Source of the DNA: Bugula neritina
Lineage: Eukaryota; Animalia; Bryozoa
Direction: 5' to 3'
Assembly: GCA_964035545.1 (NCBI GenBank)
Contig: OZ037765.1
Span: 34,099,504 to 34,163,503, forward strand
DNA: 64,000 nt
The first letter of the stretch is position 1. The number at the start of each line of letters is the position of its first letter. The translations under genes were made by a program, and so were the position numbers. The notes beneath the pieces are model-generated. The model did not search any database. It saw nothing but the letters and a program-made list of their open reading frames with translations, and was not told where the DNA came from. This document shows, one piece after another, positions 12,550 through 24,051 of the stretch.

Positions 12550-13579
12550 AGTTGCTTCTTATTTAAACATATCTTGTGATTTGGACTGTGCAGGTAGACT
12601 TTCACTCTGGAGTCGTTCTATCATAATAATACACTATATTATTTATTTTATAATTGTTGATAATTGAATTTTGTGCGTTTAATTTGTGCTTTTGCTTTCA
12701 ACACATTTTTGATTAGTTTTTACAATCAAATTGGTAAGATTATCATTGCAATCACCTTGATTGCCGGCTATTCCGTTTTTTATTGCCATGATATTACACA
12801 GTTTGTATTCTATACGCATATTCTATACATTTATTTATTGTGAAGGTGTATATTTTATTTTATTTATTTGTAATGTTTTGTGCGCAATGTAATCACTAAT
12901 CAGCTTCATCTATTTTGTCTGCTTTTAATAATTTATTTTTGATTTATTGTTGTTATGGGGATTTATTATCAGCTTCCGAGTTGTGCTAGGTGTTACTTAA
13001 TATAAACCTCAAAGTTAGTTTCTCTTTTTGATTGCAAACAATAAAGTTATGTAATATGAACATGTATTATGTTTATACTGATTGTTGTGTTTCAAACAGG
13101 TGTATTGATCATAAAATAATTTACAATAAAAACAGTGGAAGTGTTACCACCTTATATATTAGCTTGCACAGAAAAGCTGATATAGCTGTATATAAATAAA
13201 CAATATAAGCTGAAGCTAACATGAAAAAGCCATTACATCTTTTAGCTTTATGCAATGTCATGCTATAACACTGATAATGAAGTGCTTGCAGTTATATATA
13301 ATATGTAAGATTAGGTAGTGCTGCTATGAGCAAACATTGAATTAAAAATAACTCAACATTTTGATAATGATAAAATGGTGTATTTGAAAAATTATTAAAA
13401 TGCTTTATATTAGATATTACTATCTAATAACTAAGTTATAATAATGATGAGCTAAATCATTATGTAATAATGTTCAATATAGTACATAATATTATATAAT
13501 ATATGTATTCCATATTATAAACTATGATTTTAGTTCCATAGTTGAAGCAATCAGAGTTATGGCCACATGCCAGCTCTGT

Positions 13580-16509
13580 TCAGCCCACACTTTGCAGAGT
13601 TGTCTCCACCTGTTTGAAGGCCTGTTCCAGGTCAGCCACCTGGTCCTTCACGTCTTCAATACCGACACTCAGTCTAACCAGAGAGTCCGGTATGTGCTTG
13701 GTTTCCTGTGAAATAGAAATTAACTGGAGTTGCTCTACTTTTCAACTGGGCTAGACTTGATTACATAATAATGACTGTTGTCCCTTGACAAGTAGCTAGT
13801 GTGTGGAAGTCGCGCAAAACTAATGGCAAGGCCTAATAACTAAAACAATCCTCACAATGCTATGAGTGTTGAAATCACTAAAATAAAGTTCAGAAAATGG
13901 CTTGAGATGTGCTGTATAAGGCACATGAGCACAACAATGTTGCGTATTTTGAAAATTTGTGCATCGAGTAGCCAGTGTTAAAGGTCCACGTGCTATTTAT
14001 AGCATGCAATTTATTGTCACAGACTTTCTGAAATATGACATCACTCCCTACTCACTCACCTCTTCTGTTGTAAACTTCTTGCAGTGAGTCATGGAGGTCA
14101 CGTGTTCAATCAAACTCTCCGCCCCTCCTAGTGACACAGCCAGCTTGAATATTCTTGTTGACTCTGCAAAGATGATGCTCTCCCTTTCGCTGTGCATTTC
14201 AAAGGACATCATTCCACCAAAACCCTGCCGACAGAGCGAGAAGTTGTCTTACCTGTTCATATTCTTACTAAATTGATGAATCACTGACAATGTGACTAAC
14301 TCTTAACTTTTTACATCAATAGTACTTTATTTTTGATCTGTTTGGTTTATTTGTGTAATTCAAGCTAAATAAAAGCATTATTTACACAACTGACTGGAAA
14401 TAAGAGACCTTTCAAAGCAGAGTTTGTTTTGTAAATTCGAAGTGCACCATGTATGTGTAGACAGATATAATGATATCCAAATTTGTGTAAATTCAACAAA
14501 TAAGATGAATAACACAGCAAATTGATATATAGCTATAGTTTAGAGTATAGTCTGTCTGTTTATACATGAAGAAACAATTGTTGATTGACTTCAATATGTT
14601 AGATAAATAATTCCATTGAATTTCATCAAAATCAATCACTAACTCTCACATGAACAAGTGACTGTAGAGTTACAGATAGTCTTATACCTTCATAGTCCTA
14701 GAGGCTAATTTGTGTTGGGGGTGGGAAGGCAGTCCCAAATAATAAACCTTTTTAACTTTTGGGTGCTTTTCTAGAAACTTGGCCACTTCCATTGCATTTT
14801 CATTATGAGTTTTCATTCTGTAAAAAGCATTAGAAAACTATCAATTTATTTATTTAAATGATTCATAGTCAGTTAATCCAATATATTGCCTTTATTAACA
14901 TAAAATAAACTTGTGTACACTTTGCAAAAGTATTGAAAATAGCTAATATATATTCAATTTATTGTGATTCAATGTAGTTGTATATATAATTATAATACAT
15001 TTTAGTATTCAATTATTTGGCATTTTTATAATCTTTCATCCCATTGGCATGTTATGTTCATTTGTAATCACACCAAATCATAATTATATCATACAAACGT
15101 ACAATCGACATGCCTAAGAATACTTTAAATAATACTTTAATAAAGTTTACAACTGCATCAATAACCAATACTCTTTGTAATAAATATAAATACTGAGTAT
15201 ACACAGTTGTACTTATACAGTTATACTGCAAGTACACATGTACTAAGTGACAGCATGTAACAAGTGCCTGCCCTCCTACCTGACATGCAGTGTCCTGAGG
15301 CTCCTCAATAGACTGACACTGTTGTGGGCCGACTGAGAGATGCCCGTAAAGGTTTGCCAAGCTTTAAGCTTCCTATAATGATCAATGTTGTTGACAGTGG
15401 TACAGCCGGCTAGCAGGTCACTGTGTCCTCCCATGTACTTGGTACAGCTGTGCATCACCATGTCTATGCCATAGTCCAGGGGCGTCTGCAAAAGTATGCA
15501 CTCAGACTACCAACTGCTGCTATGTGTAGGTTAAACATGTATGAGAGAGGTAACATCTTATGGTAGTTGTTTGCTCATGCTACTTATACGTCAAGTTTTT
15601 ACTTATATTGTAAGCTAACTAATTTCAGTTTTTCAACCTAAAATCAAACTTTTTCATGCTGTTGGTTGGAGATTTAGCACACATAAGCATATATTTTGTA
15701 CCACTAATTACTGTCTCGATCTGTACCAATAAACATGCTACACACTATATTATACAGCCTTAAATATAGCTGCAAGAATTTACAGGAAGTACATGTCCAC
15801 AGAAGAGTTTACAGGAAGTACAGCGTCTGTACAGGAAGTAGCAGATGGAAGGTAAGCTACTCACAGGAAGTACAGGTAAGCTGCTCACCTGGTTGATGGG
15901 AGTTGAGAATGTTCCGTCTACGACTGTCAGGACGTTCTGCTCTCGACCAATCACAGCCAGCTTCTCGATATCCACGTACCACATCATAGGATTGCAGATG
16001 CTCTCTGCGAAGTACATCTTAGTGTTGGACTTGGTGGCGGTCCTGTACAGCTCTACGTCTGAGCTCGCATCAACATAGCTCACTTCTATGTTGAACTGTG
16101 GCATGAGGTTACGCAACGCAAAGGAAGTACCGCTATAAACGGGGGCGGAGACTACGATGTGATCTCCCGATTTCAGGAAACACATCAAAGTGTTGAAGAT
16201 GGCCCCCATCCCGCTCGGGAAGTCTACCGTGCCGACGCCGTGCTCTATCTTTGAGATTATCATAGACAATTCCTCAAAGTTTGGAGTGACCATTCTCTGG
16301 TAGATGTACGCTTCCTTGACCTGACTCACGAAGTCTTTGCATTTCTTTGTGTAGTAAGTGGAGCTGTGGTAGATGGGCGTTATGATTGGTTTACTCTGAG
16401 AAGCGTCACTTGCCCCCACCTCTAATGAAATGAGTTGTGTCGCAGAACTTAGCTTATCTACATCTCCCTCCTTGCCATAGAGAGACTCTGGTCTGCTTGG
16501 GGTATCCAT
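13580..16509 (-). CDS. PLP-dependent Cys/Met metabolism enzyme (cystathionine gamma-lyase / methionine gamma-lyase-like), ~415 aa, 5 coding exons
   Basis: Exons 16509-15889, 15485-15280, 14817-14688, 14224-14060, 13705-13580, in phase. Motifs [42 protein letters not shown] (PLP lysine), [10 protein letters not shown] and [10 protein letters not shown]. Confidence 0.92.
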
Positions 16510-17479
16510 TTGAATACGTCTGCAACAAAACCATCTGCAATATGCTGGCTGTTTACAGAGTCCTCTATTAAACTTATACTCAATTTATGCTAGAAGGTAC
16601 ATTCTAATTATCTAGAACTAATTAGGAGTTGTTCCCACTAGAGGGTACATCCTTTAACCTGATTATTTAGAGCTGCCTATTGAAACCTCAAAGTTTGACT
16701 ATTGCATGAAATCAAAAGTATGCTACAGAATGACGTTGCCCAAGGAGACAGATAGTTATCGGTATTAGGTGATATATAAACACCTATTAGTAGATTTTGT
16801 AAAACATTACTTGGAAAAAATAATAAACTTTCAAACATTTTTGTGGTCACTTGTTTATTTAGAAATGAAGCAATAACAGATCAAATATATGGAATTGTTA
16901 AATTACTTGTAGACGCAAATCAGCAGGTACAAGGATGTTTAATAAACCATGGCAAGTAGCAACAGGTATATGCAAGAGGGTCTATATTCTATATGCATAA
17001 AATTATGAACCAATTTCTTTTATAACTATTTTTAGCGAATGTTTTGACAACCTAATAACAAATAATAACTTTTCCGAAAGAAGGAAAAGAAAGGAAAAAA
17101 TGAATCATTAGAAGAGTGAAAATGCTTTTAGAATATCCTGTGATGCAGCTTATGCTTCAACAAAACTCCTTAATAGTTTACACTTACAGCTTTTAATTAC
17201 TGGATACTGTGACCATCACCACAACATATTATTTATTCCAGAAATTGAAGAAAATTAGTCTCACTACTTTGACCTAAATAACAAAACTTGGTAGTGCTGG
17301 GTCTGTAGTATCAGTGTGAATGCTTGAATATAAAGATTGCTATATAATAATGAATTGAAATACAGCATGCAATATAGTGTAATATGTAAACATATAAAAC
17401 ATGATATGTGACACGGTATTAGTATATTATTGATAAATTATATAACAAATATATTATAAAGTGTTCTTAATATGTAGCA

Positions 17480-17880
17480 CAATATAATATAATGCAATAT
17501 GCATTATATTATATTACAATAAGTAAGGTAATATAATACAGTAATATAATACAGTATATCATACAATACAAGATGCATTATATTATATTACAATAAATAA
17601 GGTAATATAATACAGTATATCATACAATACAAGATAATATAATGCAAGATGCAATATATCATATTACAATAAGTAAGGTAATATAATACAGTAATATAAT
17701 ACAGTATATCATACAATACAAGATGCAATATATTATATTACAATAAGTAAGGTAATATATTACAGTATATCATACAATACAAGATAATATAATGCAATAT
17801 GCAATATATTATATTACAATAAGTAAGGTAATATAATACAGTAATATAATACAGTATATCATACAATACAAGATAATATA
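17480..17880. repeat. AT-rich composite tandem repeat next to a probable 5'-UTR donor (~17894, minus) of the lyase gene
   Basis: Repeated ATATTACAATAAGTAAGGTAATATAATACAGTATATCATACAATACAAGAT blocks. Confidence 0.8.
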
Positions 17881-20800
17881 GTCTATATCCTAACCTGACT
17901 TCTCAGCTGGTGACCAACTAATGTTATACTTGAGACACGTCAAGAGTATTTATAGTATCATGTGCTTTAACTAATAGTCCAACTAATAGAAGTAGGGGGA
18001 GGGTGTCCACAGCCCACAATATGCTCCTTAAACTGAGAACTAAAGGGGAGTGAACATATCATAGGAACACATGCTGTAGACTTGCTCTAAGGAATGGGAT
18101 AGTGAGAGGCAGCCAATAGAATGAAGGCATGAAATACCAACGGAGAGGCCGAATTCACACAGCATAGTGTCTCCTCTCTAGCAATTCAGTAAATAGTGAC
18201 AGCAGATTGTGTTTAAGTTTTTGTGTTCAGAAATTGTATAAAATATTCAGACAAAAATTGCTAACAGCTTTTTAGCTAATTTCATATTTTTGAAGACACT
18301 TGTCAGTTAATCATGGATATAGAAAAAGTTTATCCGCATCCCCTCCCTCCCCACATCGCTGCATGCAATCACTCTGTCTCCACCCCCTTTAGTTTTGCCA
18401 AATATCAATTGTAAATTCAATCTATTGTTCATGCTATGTTGTAGATTTCAATAAATCACAAAACTTAAACATTATTAAAATTTGTTTCATTTGCTTATAA
18501 AAAGTTATCAGTTTTGAGTAAAATAGATCAGCTTTCAATTAAACATGGCAGTAGAATTTGCAACAATAAAAATATAACAGCTAGGGACCCCCTCGACCTA
18601 CCCTTAACTGGGACATGTTTAGTTTGAAGAACTTCGGCTAGTAGATTGTTCTACACTTGGCTAGGTTGACACTCACTGAGATTGCATAAAATAGACTATA
18701 ATAAAATAGACTATATATTAGTATACAATGTATTTATTATTCTAAGATGAGAGAAAACTCCTTCAACAAACAAGCAGAAGATAAACTGAACCACAGGACT
18801 GGATACAGAGCAGAGTTGTGGTGTATCTGACTAGACTTCAGACCAGATGGCATGGGAACAGTTGACCACCACACTGTGATAGAGGCATATGTTTACCCTC
18901 CATGTTTATGTAACTGTGACAGTTCCCACTGCAATATTTAGTATACTTTCTCAACGTTAGTTGGTTAAAACTGAAGCTGATTTGTTTTTATTAAATAAAG
19001 GTTACAATTTTAAAACATTTCCTAAATCTAGAAAACATTTTAGAAGTTATATAAGTTTGGTGATCACATATTTTTATATACCTTTTAAAAATATCAGAGA
19101 TACATCAAGGAATTCTTTGATGTATCTCTGAGCTGCATGACTACATGCAAGGTGTATATTATAATATTATTCATTGCAATATACATGCTATATTATGTTT
19201 GGTGATGTAATGTGAATATAATAATGTGATATATATGATACTATAAAATAATAACGTAACATAGCATAATAACTTTAAATAAATACGTGTGAGAGTGTGT
19301 GAAATAATAAAACATATGTGCATAAGCAAGCAATTTGTTCAAAAAACAGTTCATCATAATTATATATTTTATATTATATATAATAAAACAACAATAAAAC
19401 AATAAAATATTAGACTTTTTAAGACCCAAACAAACTTTAAAAAGATTCACACATTAAATCAGAGCCACAATTGGCAGATTTGCAGTCTAACAGGTTGTAT
19501 GGTTTGTACTTTAAAGTGAATTTACTGTAGTGCAGTGTAGATGCGTATTATAAATTAAAAGACAATGTCAATTTTAAGGTTGTTTATATTATGCAGGGAA
19601 GACAATATCTATATTAAGGTCACTAAATACTTGTTTCTAAATTCATCACCACATTCTACTATAAAAGGACTTGAAAAACTTTAAAGAATTTAGGAGCTTA
19701 ATGAGCAGCTTTCACAGCTTCTTATCAGGTTTTTAATATAAACTCTAATTAATAAAGATAAGCATGTTGTATGTTTTAATCTGTTGCTAAGCAACAGCTA
19801 ACTTAGATTGTGGATGTTTATTTACTGCTGAGTTACTTTCTTCCAATTCCAATTATCAGTCAATGACATTATAAAAAAGGGGGTTTATTATTAAAATATT
19901 CATATTTGTCAAGTGAGATATGTAAATATTTAAACTTCAAGGGTTCTACTTTAACTTAGCAAATATACTACTACCTCAAACAAAAACCACAGAAAGAACT
20001 AAGAGAAACAGGCTATATTAATCTGCAAAGATTTGCTAACTCTTTGAACCCCCATAAAGTGTATAATAAGAATTCTCTGATCAGTTAACTCATTCAAGTT
20101 GTTCATAAAATGCAACTGAATCAGTAGAACTGCTGTGTGTAGACAAAGTTTCCAGTATGTAAGTCATGAGGACAGACAACTCCGTATAGTATATTTCTAA
20201 GGTCAGATAAATCTTGTTACAAGCAGAACAAGGTTTAAAAATTATCAGCTGTATAACTGTATAAACACTTGTAAGTTGCTACAACACTCAGTAACAGGTA
20301 AATATGATATGGTACTTTAGAGTTATCCTACACTCTCACTTAGTCATTCCAACAATTCTCCAGCGTGCTTTTTATAGGTTTATAATTTTAAACGTAAATT
20401 TTCATGTAAAAATGTCACCTTTGAACCAAAATTCACGTAAAATTCTGCCTACCATTACAACTAACTTTTGTAAAGCTAAAAGACTGCTTATGAAGCCAAT
20501 TCTAAAAACATTGCATAAATTTGCATATAAATCTTTAGTTTCTTTTTCAGCAAAACCAAGTCTTTTTGTGAAGATGAAATACAAAACATAGCAGAGTTAG
20601 CTTGTAGATAATTGCTAGCTGTCTGTTATTATGTAATAAATAATCCTAAGTGCTTTTGCAGTTTGAATGGAAGTCATAATGATACATTCTATAACACTGT
20701 ATAAGAATTGAATACAAAAATTTATTTCTGGCCCACATCTTGTAGTTTAGTTTTATAATTTGTTGATGATATAAAGAAAATTTATTAAAAGTACAATAAA

Positions 20801-21024
20801 AATGGGCAGGCTATAAGGCAAGCAGTGTTAGACCATATAGAGTAATTATATTGTTTAACATGAATAGATGTATTGATTTAATAAGAATGTATATAATATA
20901 ATAGCTCAGCAAACAAATGAAATGCTTGCAGCTTTATGCTGACTAGCAAACTAGTAGCGCTTTAGATTTACATTCTGGCAGCGGTGGCGTGTAGAATGGG
21001 TAATTATCAGTTATATATAATATA

Positions 21025-21790
21025 TAATACTATACAGTAATACTATATGGTAGTACTATACAGTAATACTATATAGTAATACTATACAGTTATACTATAC
21101 AGTTATACTATACAGTAACACTATACAGTGATACTATACAGTGATACTATACAGTGATACTATACAGTAATACTATACAGTAATACTATACAGTGATACT
21201 ATACAGTAATACTATACAGTTATACTATACAGTAATACTATACAGAGATACTACACAGTAATACTACACAGTAATACTATACAGTAATACTATACAGTAA
21301 TACTATACAGTAATACTTTACAGAGATACTATACAGTAATACTATACAGTTATACTATACAGTAATACTACACAGTAATACTATACAGTAATACTATACA
21401 GAGATACTACACAGTAATACTATACAGTAATACTATACAGTAATACTATACAGAGATACTACACAGTAATACTACACAGTAATACTATACAGTAATACTA
21501 TACAGATATACTACACAGTAATACTATACAGTAATACTATACAGTAATACTTTACAGAGATACTACACAGTAATACTATACAGTAATACTATACAGTAAT
21601 ACTTTACAGAGATACTATACAGTAATACTATATAGTAATACTATACAGTGATACTATACAGTGATACTATACAGCAATACTATACAGTATAACTATACAG
21701 TAATACTATACAGTAATACTATACAGTAATACTATACAGAGATACTACACAGTAATACTATACAGTAATAATATACAGTAATACTATATA
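21025..21790. repeat. Minisatellite, 13-nt unit CAGTAATACTATA, ~58 copies
   Basis: Visible tandem array. Confidence 0.93.
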
Positions 21791-22361
21791 GATAAAACCT
21801 GGGACTGCAAGCTGTGTAATACAATATTCAAGTTGTATAAACAACAACATAACATTACAGGAACTTGTCATACTGTGACATGTGGCAGCTCTCTCAAGCT
21901 GAAACAATATTATACAACATCATAGCTTAGAAGTTGTTTACAAAGTCAAGTTTCAAATCCTGGCAGATATCTCCCACTTTGTCTCCAGCTCAGACAGCTC
22001 TGTGAAAGTCTGCTGTTGCTTTGTTTCTTTAACTGAATTTACACCTTTTGGTTTGGAGCCCGAGGTGAACCTCCCAACTTTGAGAGTCATAATCAAATAC
22101 TGGATATTACACAGTTTATACCTGCACATACCGAGTATACAGAATTATGAAAAGTTGACACATGTTTATGCCGGGATATCAACATAGTCACGGTGTTTAT
22201 GAACAAATGTGCAAATATGTTGAGGAATTTAAACTTTTTGCAGGCAGCTGTACCAAAGGTCAATCTGCCCATCTCCGTCAGCAGTATAAAACTCGGTGAG
22301 GAAGCTGATAACGGCTTCATTGTCAGAACTCGTCTGCTCAGTGAACTGAAAGTAATTCAAG

Positions 22362-23287
22362 ATGGCTGACGAAGTGACAATGGATACTTTGTTTGGCAAC
22401 TTTGGAGTAGAGATTAAATCCGCGTCAGTCGTAGAAAACTCAAGAGTGGCGGTAGAGTGGAGTGACGGGTCAGCCACTAGCCTGTACCCCATGCTGATGC
22501 TGCGAGACTGCTGTCCGTGCGAGAAATGCTTCAACCCGGTTGTCAACTCGAGACTCATTCTCTTTGAGCATCTCCTGGAGTCCAGTTGCAGCGTCTCACA
22601 GCTCAACTATGAGGTTAGTCTGGAATATTCTCTACACATTAGAACACATGACATCATTATATCTGTATTATGTTCTATATTATTATTATTATTTTAATGC
22701 AATATGGTATATTAGAATATAATATAATATAATATAGTATAATATATTTATATTACTTAAACTGATATATTATAGTATAAAATAAGATAAATATAGGCTA
22801 CATAATGTAATAATGATACAAAATGCTACAATACCAATTTAGCAATAAAACAACTTCAGGATATAACTAAATTATAGGAACTCCATGTTTATATCAAAAA
22901 CTCTAAATTTCAGCTAAAATTTAGCAGGAAATAATGTACCTATTTGTATTCATCAGAAAGCTATATTATATTAACTTAATTATATAGAGTACAGCATTAG
23001 ATAACATAGGTCATAGGTTATAACGATGTCACTGTAGACTGACTGTGTCAACATAGAGTGGCTGGACGGTCACCAGAGTGTCTACAGCGCGGAGTGGCTC
23101 TACAGAAGGAGGTTAGAAAGAGAGGCTATAGAGAAGAGACTGGAGAGCGTCTACACGGCTGTCGTGGACACTCCCTGGACCGGCAGCACACCATCTGAGA
23201 TCATCAAGTCAGCCAAGTATGACGAGGTAGAGTTGTTCTCTCTCTATATGCAACATATTGTGGTGGTACTAGTGTTTATATATACTA

Positions 23288-23371
<84 letters not shown>

Positions 23372-23597
23372 ATAGGTATACGAGAAACATTGTTATTTAT
23401 TACTTTATTAGGTAAAGTAATTACACTGATATTTCGGGTACCACTGTACCCATCTTCAGAGTAGCAATGAATTGCTACTCTGAAGATGGGTACAGTGGTA
23501 CCTGAAATATCAGTGTAATTACTTTACTTAATAAAGTAATAAATAACAATGTTTCTCGTATACCTATTTATAATCAAATTGCTAGCTCGTAAAGATA

Positions 23598-23659
<62 letters not shown>

Positions 23660-23959
23660 AATATATATATATATATACATATATATCTCAATCTGTGAAC
23701 AGCAGCTGTTTCGGGATTTGTCCCCTCATCAGCACAGAACAGGGTACCATGGCCCACACCTTCGCAATAGTAAAACTTATAGTTTTACTAAAGCATATTT
23801 AAAAGGTGTGTAAACTCAAGCCAGAGTGCTCAAGTGACTCTAGGGGTTGCCCAGGAGTCACGAGCATTGCAAAATGCTAGCAGCTTGAGTTTGTGACCAT
23901 GGTGAGAGTGCTCAATCATTTAATGTCATTGCTAAGCATTAAATGAGAGCGTAATATAT

Positions 23960-23996
<37 letters not shown>

Positions 23997-24004
23997 ATAT
24001 TATA

Positions 24005-24051
<47 letters not shown>

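Larger units (their letters stand above)
23365..23574. mobile_element. 210-bp palindrome; probable inverted Penelope-like (PLE) terminal-repeat remnant in a (TA)n microsatellite
   Basis: Arms 23365-23468 and 23471-23574 (104 bp each, 2 mismatches, 2-nt centre). Each arm has a hammerhead core followed by AATAAA. Flanked by (TA)n. Confidence 0.75.

Noticed and set aside
23365-23574. Palindrome as a pre-miRNA or ordinary MITE
   Set aside because: The arms are too long and perfect for a typical pre-miRNA. The hammerhead core plus AATAAA in each arm and the unequal outer ends fit an inverted retroelement terminus better. A MITE origin is not fully excluded.
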